Shown piece after piece: positions 38,253 to 49,957 of a stretch of DNA of 64,000 nt. Made by a program: the position numbers and the translations under genes. This DNA is from Octopus sinensis (lineage: Eukaryota). A model generated the notes under the pieces. That model ran no database searches. It had not been told where the DNA came from and saw only the letters and a program-made list of their open reading frames with translations. The number at the start of each line of letters is the position of its first letter. Position 1 is the first letter of the stretch. Location: positions 42,718,001 through 42,782,000 of the forward strand of contig NC_042997.1 in NCBI RefSeq assembly GCF_006345805.1. The letters are read 5' to 3'.

Positions 38253-40222
38253 AGAGATTTTGAGTCAAATATAATTTCAGTGTCAGTTAGCAGATAAGAA
38301 AATATTTAAAAATATACTCCATACACATATATTGGTTTCAGATTTTGGTACAAGGCCAGCAAGTATTGGGGAACAGGGTAAGTCAAGTACATCAGTCCCA
38401 GGACTCAATTGGTACTTATTTTATTGACCCCGAAAGGATGAAAGGCAAAGTTGACCTTGGTAGAATTTGAACTCAGAATGTAAAGTTGGCTGAAGTGCCA
38501 CTAAGCATTTTGTTTGGCAGGCAAACAATTCTCCCAGCTCACTGCTTTATATTCTATAAGCATATATTAACTCTAACTCTGTTCCATTAAAGCTAATAAA
38601 GTACCCATGAGCCAATGAAAGAGCTTAGAAGTAGTCCTTTCACTTTCAATATCATTCAAATCGGCCACAAATCATACGTTGCCATCTTTAAAAAGAAAAT
38701 GTGACAGATATGTTAGATAATGTAATTCTAGATAATCCTAAAGTCACAGGATGGTCATAGCTTGAATCTCTTCGATCATATGTCTGCTTAGGTAGGGTTG
38801 AACTGGGACTAAACAACACCAAGACCTACATGCAGCAATTTTAGGTTGTATAAAATTGCATGCATTTACATACAAAACTGTAGCTGACTGCATCAAAATG
38901 GTGGTGAGCTGTTGGTCAGTGGTTCAAATTCTGTTATTGGTGTTGTATACTGTGCTACTGGTAACTACAACAGACTCATAATGCTTGAATCCACTAAATT
39001 GCAAATCAGTTTCTTTGTAAGAAACTTATTTGTAATGGTAAGAACTGGAGAGGAGTTGTATAACTGACAAGCAGTTTGCTAGTCGCTTGCAGAGCCAACA
39101 ATGGATCCTTCCACAGAAAACTACTCTTAAATCTCTACATGAAAACAAATGACATGAAATATGAATAACCTTTGTTTTTTCAATTAAACAACAAACTACA
39201 CCATTTCCAGTAGCCTTGTACCTGAAAGCAAAATATACCCACATGCATGAACATGAAGGTTACTATATCTATTGGGCAGACATTTCAACATGAAACTAAT
39301 GATTAATAGAAGAATGTACCAAACTCAATTCATGTAAAGGACACTGTTACAAGAATCTGGAATGCGATTATCCAAACTACAAAAGACGGGAAAGCTATGT
39401 TACACATCTTGATTTATCCCTATCAAAAACATTGCCAGGGAGGAAGTAAAAAAATCTGTCCAAGTACAAGGACCTTAAGGTGAAGGTAAGCAATAAGACA
39501 ACATAAACAGAAATCAGGGCAATTGGTATGACAAAAGAACTCCCTCCACACACAAAAAAAAACCCAATTGTAGCTTTAAAATAAAATAAAGCAGAATTTA
39601 CAGTTTTGCACACAACATATTCTATTCAACACATTTTCAATTCAGTGACACAAATCACACAGTATATATTCTACACAATCAACTCGAAACACTGTAACAT
39701 TTTCACAGCAAACAAGAACAAACTAAACTATCATAATAAGATGTAACAAAACACAGTTTCCAGCACAATAAAGTAAATGTAACATCTAGACATTTCCATT
39801 CTTCAAAATATAATACTACCTACAAGCACCAGAAACAGATACGAAGTTGGTAGTGTAAAAACTTGCTCAACCCTTTAGAATATAAATTGGGCATATCTGG
39901 TCCAAATAATCCATCTGCTTTATGTGTGAGATGCCTGCCAGATCAGACATCTCACACCTACCCTAGCATGTCACTCTAAACAACAGTTACATTTAATATA
40001 TAAGGCGCAGGAGTGACTTTGTGATAAGTAGCTTGCTAAACAACCACATGGTTCCGGGTTCAGTCCCACTGCGTAGCATCTTGGGCAAGTGTCTTCTGCT
40101 ATAGCCTCGGGCCGACCAATGCCTTGTGAGTGGATTTGGTAGACGGAAACTGAAAGAAGCCTGTCGTATATATGTATATATATATATATATAGGAATAAA
40201 AAATGGAGTTAACGCAGGTTTA

Positions 40223-40340
40223 AACAAGTATTTTTTCTTTCTACATATGTTTCAAAAATTCCACTGATACTTATTCAAAAGAATAAAAGGTATAAACAAT
40301 GCAATCTTCTCTTCGGGAAAGGGAAAAAACGAAACTTGTC
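40223..40340 (-). ncRNA. Type I hammerhead ribozyme (variant core) in the PLE pseudo-LTR
   Basis: Minus strand: stem I GACAAGT-TTTTTT-CTTTC / GAAAG-AAAAAA-ACTTGTT; core CCGAAGA (40316-40310); long stem II GAAGATTGCATTG / CAGTGGAATTTTT; GAAA (40253-40250); palindromic stem III CATATG; cleavage triplet GUA (after 40242). Confidence 0.75.
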
Positions 40341-40522
40341 AATACGACATTTTAGCAAAAAATGATGGATTCGTATAGCGATAGACAGAACGCTATTAAT
40401 ATTGTTTAAAAAAACGTTATATGATATAACGTCATAAGTAGCTAACAGAAAGAGTAGGGATATTAATAGTGAATGTTAAATATAAAGGAAATTAAAGTCT
40501 AAACTATATATAATGATAGAGA

Positions 40523-42850
40523 CTACTTATGTGCACTAAAAGTATGTTTTTGCCAATGCTTACATCTGTATGCTCGTTCTATAACCGTGTTTACTAGAGT
40601 ATTTTTAGAAAAAATAATGAAAAATAGCTCAGAATTGCAGAGAAGACAGAATTTCTTGCCTTTGTCATATGGTATCGAAATTGAGAGGATCAACCATTCC
40701 AAATGAAATTGTTCATTGTGGTCTTTTAAATTCCAAATCAGTTTGCTGAGACCGGTACTATTCCGTTTATTTCTATCCCTAAATGTTGAGTAATGGATAG
40801 AAATTCTCTTAGATAACTCTAACGATGTGCTTCCAATGTAAAATTGTACTTTATTACGAGTACTGATTATACACTGATATATAGAATTTTTAATCTTAGA
40901 GTTACTTGACATAAATTTAATTCTATTGGGATTGACTTCAGATACAATAACCTTGTTATTAATATTTCTAGAGGGTTGGATGGTAGTAGCTAAATTAATG
41001 TTAGTATTAGTAAATGTATTAATATTTAACAGTTTGTTATTATGAGAAGATATAATTTGCAAGAGATTTTTTGTGTTTGAAAAACCTATCCTAACTTTAT
41101 GTGAATTAATTATAGAGTAATATCTAGAATTATTTGGAAAATTCCTAGCAATAGCTTGACGAAACAGCAGTGGGAGATTAGATTTAATTTGTCTCCCGTA
41201 AGGAATTATTAACCAAATATTTTTACTAGTATTCATAGCGTAATTACTTTTGAAGGTGTTATATTTACTTTTAGATCGGTAATAGGGGAATAAATAAGGG
41301 TTATCTGCCTTCATTCGCTTTGTATCGGTGCGTAAGTTATGTTTGTTATCAATAATTCTTTTACGACTAGAAATCTTATCTACATTATTGAATTTACAAT
41401 TAGACTGAGCAGAATCAATGTAGAAAATTTTTTCTGTATAACCTGCTTTGATTAAGGCAGAGTTATAGAATTCAGCGTTATTATTGAAAATATCAACATT
41501 AGCAGATAATTTAGATAATCTAAATGAAATATTCTTAACTAAATTCTTAGTAATTGCTCCAGGATGATTACTAAATTTGCTAATGTACTTAAGATTGGTC
41601 AACGGTTTATGATATGGGAAGTAAGAGTCACTGTGTAAATTAAGCGTAATATCTAAAAAGTTGGCCTTCGTCAGATCGTCATCAAAAACGATTTTTAAGC
41701 CCATTCTACTGAAAAAATTAACTAAACTGTTCTTAACTTTTTGTACCTTTTGGTTAGAAACATTTTGGAGGTAAAGTAAACAATCATCACGATATAGACC
41801 TCCATAAATGTTAGGGAACTCTTCAGCCATTTCAAAAAGAATATATATACAGACCAAATCAGCTATCTGTGCTGAATCAGAACTTCCCATAGGTATATCG
41901 AAACTATCTGGTGTGTCTTTACGGACCCACAACTTATCATCAAATTTAATAATAGATCTTCTGGCTGCCAACACAACATTAATTTCTTCTCGGGTGAGAC
42001 CAGCTTTGTTATGAGCAAGCCAAAGTGCCTTATTAAGTACTATTGGATTAATAGACGAATAAAAATTGGAAATATCAAACTGGATAAACTTCGTACTCAC
42101 CTTACTGTTAATAGACCTAAACCAGTCAACTACGTCAAATGAATTAGTCCATAAACTAAGTTTTAATGTTTTGATTAGATTAGGAATATATTTATCTAGT
42201 ATATTTTTACTAAGGATACCGATGTCAGAGCTAGAAGGGCAGATAAGCCTTAATGATGGGTTAGTAAAAAAATTTGGTTTGTGATCCTTCAAAATAAACC
42301 TAGGTTGCTTAGGAACAAGTGGTTCTGTCTTCATTTGTAGGTTATATTTCTCCATGATTTTCATAGCCTCGATGTTGGCTTTCTTAAGTATTCTTTTATC
42401 AGCAATTTTATACTTTTTCTGAATTTCTTTTTCAAGTAATTCCAAATAATAGTCTTTATAAAGTTTGTACAGATTTCCAGTCTTATCAGATTGAACCAAC
42501 ATAGTATCCATAGAATTGATTTCTTTGGTGATGTTGCGAAGATACCTCAGATGTTTATTTCTTAGTGGTGACCGTTGAAATTTTACATTTCTCACAATGG
42601 ACCAGAGATCATCTTCAAATTGCTTCAACCTTGGGTTAGGCGGCGGACTATTTTTAGATTTAAATAACTTGCTGAACTCAGATGTTTTATCATTAGTGTG
42701 TTGTTGAGTGTCATTTTTGTCAAAGAAAAAGGTAAGCCATCTTATTCGGTTGATGAATGAATTAATCTTATTGACAAGTTGTTTAAGGAAAACATTCTTA
42801 GGTGGAATAGGAATGTCCTTAAGAGATGCGTTAATATTCAATAACTCCAT
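40523..42850 (-). CDS. PLE reverse transcriptase + GIY-YIG endonuclease
   Basis: Uninterrupted 775 aa. PLE RT motifs SDKTGN, LKDHK, RLICP, FDISNFY, PMGS, YRDD, FLDI, SNHP; endonuclease SIYQC...FYIGST...KRISIH and C-terminal CLLCNSE...RCKH. Confidence 0.93.
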   Translation of the reverse strand: MELLNINASLKDIPIPPKNVFLKQLVNKINSFINRIRWLTFFFDKNDTQQHTNDKTSEFSKLFKSKNSPPPNPRLKQFEDDLWSIVRNVKFQRSPLRNKHLRYLRNITKEINSMDTMLVQSDKTGNLYKLYKDYYLELLEKEIQKKYKIADKRILKKANIEAMKIMEKYNLQMKTEPLVPKQPRFILKDHKPNFFTNPSLRLICPSSSDIGILSKNILDKYIPNLIKTLKLSLWTNSFDVVDWFRSINSKVSTKFIQFDISNFYSSINPIVLNKALWLAHNKAGLTREEINVVLAARRSIIKFDDKLWVRKDTPDSFDIPMGSSDSAQIADLVCIYILFEMAEEFPNIYGGLYRDDCLLYLQNVSNQKVQKVKNSLVNFFSRMGLKIVFDDDLTKANFLDITLNLHSDSYFPYHKPLTNLKYISKFSNHPGAITKNLVKNISFRLSKLSANVDIFNNNAEFYNSALIKAGYTEKIFYIDSAQSNCKFNNVDKISSRKRIIDNKHNLRTDTKRMKADNPYLFPYYRSKSKYNTFKSNYAMNTSKNIWLIIPYGRQIKSNLPLLFRQAIARNFPNNSRYYSIINSHKVRIGFSNTKNLLQIISSHNNKLLNINTFTNTNINLATTIQPSRNINNKVIVSEVNPNRIKFMSSNSKIKNSIYQCIISTRNKVQFYIGSTSLELSKRISIHYSTFRDRNKRNSTGLSKLIWNLKDHNEQFHLEWLILSISIPYDKGKKFCLLCNSELFFIIFSKNTLVNTVIERAYRCKHWQKHTFSAHK

Positions 42851-43660
42851 ATGCTGTAACTATTCAGTTAGCAGGTTATTAATAAACCTGATTAAAGTAT
42901 TATAAATAGATGAGTGTATTTTACCTTGTTAACATTTAACACGGATAAATGAATGAATAGTTACCAGGACAGCAAAAATCTCACAAGTAAAGATGTTGTA
43001 ACTCCTTGTTTATAAAGGTTGAAACTTCGTGTTTACGTTGAATATTTGAATAATAGGAATAAAAAATGGAGTTAACGCAGGTTTAAACAAGTATTTTTTC
43101 TTTCTACATATGTTTCAAAAATTCCACTGATACTTATTCAAAAGAATAAAAGGTATAAACAATGCAATCTTCTCTTCATATATATATGTGTGTGTGTGTT
43201 TGTCCCCCTAGCATTACTTGACAACCGATGTTGGTGTGTTTACGTCCCCGTCACTTAGCGGTTCGGCATAAGAGACCGATAGAATAAGTACTGGGCTTAC
43301 AAAGAATAAGTCCTGGGGTCAATTTGCTCGACTAAAGGCGGTGCTCCAGCATGGCCACAGTCAAATGACTGAAACAAGTAAAAGATTACATTCGACGACA
43401 AAGCAATCTGAATGCTAAAAGGTAGAAAGACATGGAAACTCAGAATCCTAATCTCAGTTACTCAAACATTATTCTATAAAGATGCTGATATACAAAGACA
43501 CTACAATAGAAAAAAGATGTTTGTTATTTCAATGAAACATTCAACTATGTTATTTGGACAACCATGCCCCAGGTTTTCGTTGGTAAGTCATTGACATAGA
43601 CAAGGTATAATGCAATGCTTATATCACTTATTCTAAATGTATGTTGAAGTGTCTTTATAT

Positions 43661-44025
43661 TCATCATCATCATCATCATCGTTTAGTGTCCGTTTTCCAT
43701 GCTAGCAGGGGTTGGACGGTTCAACTGGGGGTCTGTGAAGCCAGAAGGCTGCATCAGGCCCAGTCAGATCTGGCAGTGTTTCTACGGCTGGATGCCCTTC
43801 CTAACGCCAACCACTCCATGAGTGTAGTGGGTGCTTTTTACGTGCCACTCGCACAGGTGCCAGACGGAGCTGGCAAACGGCCACGAACGGATGGTGCTTT
43901 TTACGTGCCACCGGCACGAGGCCAGTCGGGGCGGCGCTGGCAACGGTCACGAATGGATGGTTCTCTTACATGCCACCGGCACTGGCAACTCATCTGCAAT
44001 TTCCATTGATCGATTTCGATTCTGA
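43661..44025 (-). mobile_element. RTE 3'-UTR-type repeat with 3 units
   Basis: Reverse complement of the 45594-46122 family. Confidence 0.8.
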
Positions 44026-45593
44026 TCCTTTATATTATCCAAGAGATATAAATTAAGGTTTAATACATGCTTGTAACAATTATTCTGAGTTTATGTTCAA
44101 GTGTCTGCACATTGCTCAGTAGATATAGCTGCCTACCCGGTTATGTCTGGGGATATGTTTCGTTTTTGAGAGGAGGACTGAACAGCAAGAAATGATGTGA
44201 TTGAATATTTCTTTACATTGACTACATCATCTACAACTGACATTAATCTCTAGTTTTATTACTATATTTTAGTAGATTAAAGTAGCAAGCTGGTAGAATC
44301 ATCAGCACATCAGACAAAATGTTAAGTGACATTTCTTCCAGCACTTAAATACATTCTGAATTCAAATTTTGCCAAGGTCAACTTTGGCTTTCATCATTTT
44401 TGGATTGACAGAATAAAAACCTGCTGAGTACTGGGATCAACATAACTGACTTACTGACTCTCCTAAACTTGTTGACCTCATGCCAAAATTTGAAACTATT
44501 ATATTTTAGTAGATTTATTATTTTTTGTGAATTTTTCTTTTTTTATATTTTATTTGTAACAAGGCATTGATCTTCAATTTCTATCATGTGACCAAAGCTT
44601 TTGACTGAGTCCTTTTTTAGATTTTATACTAGTTCACTTGCAGGATATAAGGTCACCTATTATCCCAATTCTTTTTAAAAACGTTTTAAAAAGTTCTCTT
44701 TAATTATATTTGTCTGTAGTTAAAATCTTTCTCATCAGTGTACTTAACCTCTTCTTCCCTTATATACTAATAATTGTATATTTTTTATTGTTTACAGTTA
44801 TTGGACGGCAGCCATGCTGAGGCAACAAGCTTCAAAAGCTTTATACAATTATATCAGCTTTGATATTCAGTCCAGTATTTATTGTATTAAGGTAAAATGA
44901 GCATGAATGTCAAAAGACAGCCAAATACCTCAAGATATTTGTTTGGTACACTACCAATATTACCATCTATCACTGATATACATAAACACATATTCATCCT
45001 CATAATTTAATGTCCATTTTCCATGCTGGCACAGGTTGGATGGTTTGAGAGGGGCTGGTAAATTGTGTCAAGATCTACTGTCTGCTTTGGAATGGTTTTC
45101 ATGACTGGATGCCCTTCCTAATATCAACCACTTTACGACATGAACTAGGTGCTTTTTTTTGTGTGGCACAGGTTAACAAGTAACTCACAAGATAAGACCC
45201 CTTAACTGAATGGAGGGAACAGTATTGAAGGAGGTGGCTTCATGTTAGGCTTAAAAGCTAATGAGTTAAACATTAGTCCAGCTATTTTCTAATTTTCCTA
45301 ACTAGGAGAGAAAACAGTCTTTTCTTTGATGTCATTTTAAGGCTTTGACAAACCAGAATCTTTGAAAGAAGACATTAAGATCGTGAAGCAGGGAGCTGCA
45401 ATGCAAATTCTTATGCCCAAGCCCAGACCTGGACCCAAATAGAGAAATGGTTTTTGCTTTCTCCCTGTTTGCTCCTGAGTATTTTCACAGATCCACTTGG
45501 ATTACTTTGTAATAGCTCCCTACTTGTATTAAGTTCTTTCTTCTTTCTATGTGTTGAAGCTATAGAAATGGGAGCAGCTCATAAATTTATTCT

Positions 45594-46122
45594 GATCAAT
45601 GGAAATTGCAGCTGAGTTACCAGTGCCGGTGGCACGTAAGAGAACCATCCGTTCGTGACCGTTGCCAGCACCACCCCGACTGGCCTCGTGCCGGTGGCAC
45701 GTAAAAAGCACCATCCGTTCGTGTCTGTTGCCAGCCTCGCCTGGCCCCCGTGCCGGTGGCATGTGAAAGCACCATCCGTTCGTGTCCGTTGCCAGCCTTG
45801 CCTGGCCCCCGAGCCAGTGGCAAGTAAAAGCACCATCCGTTCGTGGCCGTTTGCCAGCCTCGCCTGGCCCCCGTGCCGGTGGCACGTAAAAGCACCATCC
45901 GTTCGTGGCCGTTTGCCAGCTCTGTCTGGCACCTGTGCGGGTGGCACGTAGAAAGCACCCACTACACTCACGGAGTGGTTGGTGTTAGGAAGGGCATCCA
46001 GCCGTAGAAACACTGCCAGATTTGACTGGGCCTGATGAAGCCTTCTGGCTTCACAGACCCCAGTTGAACCGTCCAACCCATGCTAGCATGGAAAGCGGAC
46101 GCTAAATGATGATGATGATGAT
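45594..46122 (+). mobile_element. RTE 3'-UTR-type repeat with 6 internal units
   Basis: GTGCCGGTGGCAC-like motif at 45623, 45688, 45750, 45811, 45873, 45935; (GAT)n tail. Confidence 0.82.
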
Positions 46123-47339
46123 TATCTTATTTCTGACATAATGTTTAGTGTTTAACTCCTTAGCATTCAGATTGCACCATCAAAAGTAAAGCATATTTAT
46201 TCACAGAGGTTTCAATTAATCATACATCACCTTTTGTACATTTGAGATTTCAATGGGATTATTTATTTTTATAATAACTTTGTAGAGTTGGTGTAAGAAG
46301 TAGGATTTGGCCAGTTTGAACATAAAACAGACATGGCTGGCTTAAAAGCTAATGAGTTAAACATTAGTCCAGCTATTTTCTAATTTTCCTAACTAGGAGT
46401 TTTCTTTTCATATTTCCCCTTTATTTCTTTATCAGTTTCCTCTACTACTGAATAATTGTGTGAGTGGTCTCTTCTAATTCTAATTTCAGTGTCTAAATTT
46501 AACTTCACTTTTTAAACGTATGAATTAATCTAGATCTTCTTTGAGTATCTTCACCACATTTTCTAGTTCTACAAATGTTGACAACTCAGCTGAATTCACT
46601 TTCAGTTTTTTAGTATCTTCTGCTGGCTGTTGCTGCCTGCAAATACTTTCAAAGCACCCAGAATGAGATGGTTTATACTTTGTCTATAGACTTTGTTACT
46701 GTTAGTTGTTTGATTCAGCAGATTTCTTAATGGAGTCAGATCTAAACAGAACAGGACAAAGGATAACAAGGAACCTCTCTGAAATAAAAATTCCTATCAA
46801 GAGGACAGGGCTGTTTTTATCATCTCATGCACTATTACTGACATTTCCCATTTTGACAGGGTGTAGTTGATCTACTGTTTTACTACTGGAACTATTTTGT
46901 TTGTGTATTATGTCTCCAATATCCAGAAGTGTGCTCTGCTGTCAAAAGCTTTTCAATATTCAATCCACAATGTGTTTAGACATTAGGGGGACTTGGGTGG
47001 TCTTTTTCTTTTTTATAAATTTTTCCTGAGTTACTATTGCTACTACTATGATGATGATGATGATGACAATGAATGATGCCAAGCTGACAGAATTGTTGGC
47101 ACATTGGATAAAATGCTTATCACCATTTCTTCCAGCTTTACGTTCTGAGTTCAAATTCCACCAAGGTTGACTTTGCCTTTCATCCTTTTGGGGTTGATAA
47201 ATTAAATACCAGGCCTTCTGCCTATAGTCGAAAGGATTATTGTTATTATTACTACTAACTGTGGTAGGTTGGTGCACTGGACCAAAATGATTAGTGGCAT
47301 TTTTCTGAGTTCAAATCTAACTCTTTATGTTTTGAGTTC

Positions 47340-48335
47340 AATCCTGACACTGCCAGATATTTTGAGCATCTTTGTGGTGATTCCTGATGAGCTGGGGGCT
47401 TTCCCTGTCTTCATACCCTTAATTGCTTTATCTACCAAGGTATTGTCAATTCAGATAGCTGGTCCCTCTGTTGGGTCAGCATTCGACAAACTCACTTTCT
47501 CCAATTCATTCTCTTTATTTAGCAACTTTCCATAGCGTCTCCAAATCTCTCTCTCCAAAGCCTTGTTTAATGCAAGTGAACCATCATCCATGTGGACACA
47601 TTTCTCTCCTATGACATCACAATTCTCTCTCACAAACTGTCTTGCAACACAAAATACTTCAAGTCTTTGGTCCTCATGGCGCAGAACATTGGCAAATTTT
47701 TTCTTATCTGCTTCCCCTCTAGCTAAATAAACCTGTCCCCTAGCTTCAACTTCTGGCAATCTGATACAATTCCCTGCTACTACTGTTCTTCCAGTCCTTC
47801 CAAGCCTGTTTCTGTTCCTTAATGGCTTTGTCAACAACATTGTTCCACCACCACGTTACCTTGGGTCGAGAGGGGACTTTGCACCATCCACAGATCTGGT
47901 CAGTGGCCCTCAGCAAGTTGTTCCCTAGAAATTTTCAGTTGTCTTCCTCATCATGTGATGCTATATTCCTTTCTATCTTGTCAAAAGCTTCAAGTAATAT
48001 GTCTCTAAATCTCTGTCCAGTTGCAGGATCTTTAAGCTTCCAGACCCTTCTCCTCCATGCTGGTCATCTTCTGAGCATCCATTTAGCCCTGATCCTGAAG
48101 TCACTAACTACTAGTCTATGTTGTGGGGTACATTCTTTTCCTGGGAAGGTTTTGGTATTTATAAGCAGCCAATTTTCCCTTTTTCTGGCAAGGATATAGT
48201 GAACTTGGCTAGTATGTCTACCAGATCGGTAGGTGACTAGGTGACTGGCAGGTTTCCTGAAGTTAGTATTGCAAACCATAAGATCATTTGCATTGCAGAA
48301 CTCTAGCAGCCTGGTTCCCTCCTCATTGCGGGATA
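47340..48335 (-). mobile_element. RTE (BovB-like) LINE fragment: end of APE domain and linker
   Basis: RNEEGTRLLEFC...NTNFRK...HLVTYRSG...SQVHYIL...QHRLVVSDF; decayed downstream. Confidence 0.8.
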
Positions 48336-48674
48336 TAGCAGAATTAGAGAACATCTTCTGGATTTGTATTCTTTTAGCGGAGTTATTAAAACAAAGTAGT
48401 GGAATCTGAGTGTGTGCATAAGTTTATATAGGGTGGGGTGGTGGAGGAGAGAGAAGTGTTGTAGAAGCAAGTGGTTATTGAAACAGAGAATGAGACAGAG
48501 AGAGAGGGGGGGGGCAGCGTTAGGCTGGCAAAGGATAGAACACAAGGGAGAAAAATATTCTTTTGGGATTTTGGGTAACATAATTTAATGAAACAGCAAA
48601 TACTGATAATAGTGAAATAGAATTGAAAAATCTTAGAATTTTCGGTCAGCCAATCTGTGATATATATATATATA

Positions 48675-49957
48675 TTGAGTCATCCCATAAATAATGTGTT
48701 TTTTTTTATACTTCTTTTACTTTTTAAATTTAAGATAAACAAAGTTCTTTTTTAATCTAAAATATACTCTCCTTCATTTTCCACAATGCTCTTCCATCTA
48801 TCAGGTAGACTTGCAAGACCCCATTCCCCTTCCAAAATTCACTTGTCCTTGATGAAAAATACTCTAGTACTGTTCTGATCTCGTCTACAGGATTCATATT
48901 TTTTCCATCCAAATGATTTTGAAGACTGCAGAATAAATGATAATCAGATGGGGCAATGTCTGGCAAATATGGTGGGTGGGGTATCGTTCCCCATTCAAAC
49001 TGCTCCAGCATTTGGAATGTCATCCTCACTGTATGTGGCTAAGCATTATCCTGATGGAAGAACACCTTTCATCTTCAAACCAAAGATGGTCGTTTTTCTT
49101 CTCACACTGACTTAAGTTGCTCTAGGTACTTGCAGTAGACTTACTTTGTTATTGTTTGGTTTATATTTAAAAGTTCAAAGTGGACTAAACCTTTCATATC
49201 CCACTAAACAGATAACAACACCTTATGTGAGTGAAGACCTTCTTTAGCCTGGGGTGCCGGTGTTTCTCCTTTCCCTACCCACTGTCTTTGGTGCTTGATA
49301 TTTTTATAGAGAACCCATTTCTTGTCACCAGTCACTATTTGGTCCAAAAAAGGTTCATTCGTGAGATGTGACAGCAAAGAAGAGCACATACTCACTCTCT
49401 GTGCGCAATTAGACTCGGAAAGTTTGTGAGGAACCCATTGACTCAAATTGCTGACTTTTCCTATGGCATGGAGGTGTTGATGAATGGTTGAATGACCAAA
49501 TCCAAGCTTCTTTGCTAATTCCTCAACAGTTACAATGGGATTTGGTTCTACTAGGATTTGCAGAACATCCTTCTGAAGCTCCACAGATGTTCTGAAGCTC
49601 TACAGATGAGGCTCGTCTTCTAGGCTGTACTTTCCGGTTTGGACTCTCTGAAATCACCATTGACACTGGTTTATGCTTATTATCCGATCCCCATATACAG
49701 CATTAATATTCCTCACACTTTATTGAACGCATAAAGCAAAATATGCCGAATACACCCCTTAGTCACTTCCATTATAACTTTGAAAAAATAACTGTTAAAA
49801 TCAAACTGCATTCTTCAAAACTTGCACTAAGGATGAGGACAAGGTAAAATTACCACCTGCTTTTATGGCAAGTTGATGCAGGTTGTTGATCCCATCTCCC
49901 ACCAACTTTTAGTTCATGCAATTGAAAAAAAACAGCATTATTTATGGTATGACCCAA
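48675..49957 (-). mobile_element. Mariner (DD34D-type) transposon, full length, decayed
   Basis: TIRs TTGAGTCATCCCATAAATAATG / CATTATTTATGGTATGACCCAA with TA flanks; ~1.28 kb; transposase fragments WVPHKL, VTGDKKWVLY, HPPYLPDIAPSDYHLF (ATG at 49772, stop at 48757) with frameshifts. Confidence 0.92.

Larger units (their letters stand above)
40190..43177 (-). mobile_element. Penelope-like retroelement (C-terminal GIY-YIG, Hydra-clade-like), intact, with pseudo-LTRs
   Basis: Identical 125-bp direct repeats at 40190-40314 and 43053-43177 flank one 775-aa ORF; inserted in the (TA)n tract of a SINE whose halves lie at 40003-40189 and 43178-43385. Confidence 0.93.

Noticed and set aside
45623-45960. 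CRISPR-like repeat/spacer array
   Set aside because: The 'spacers' are themselves near-identical, the array sits in a dispersed retroelement UTR, there are no cas genes, and the context is eukaryotic.
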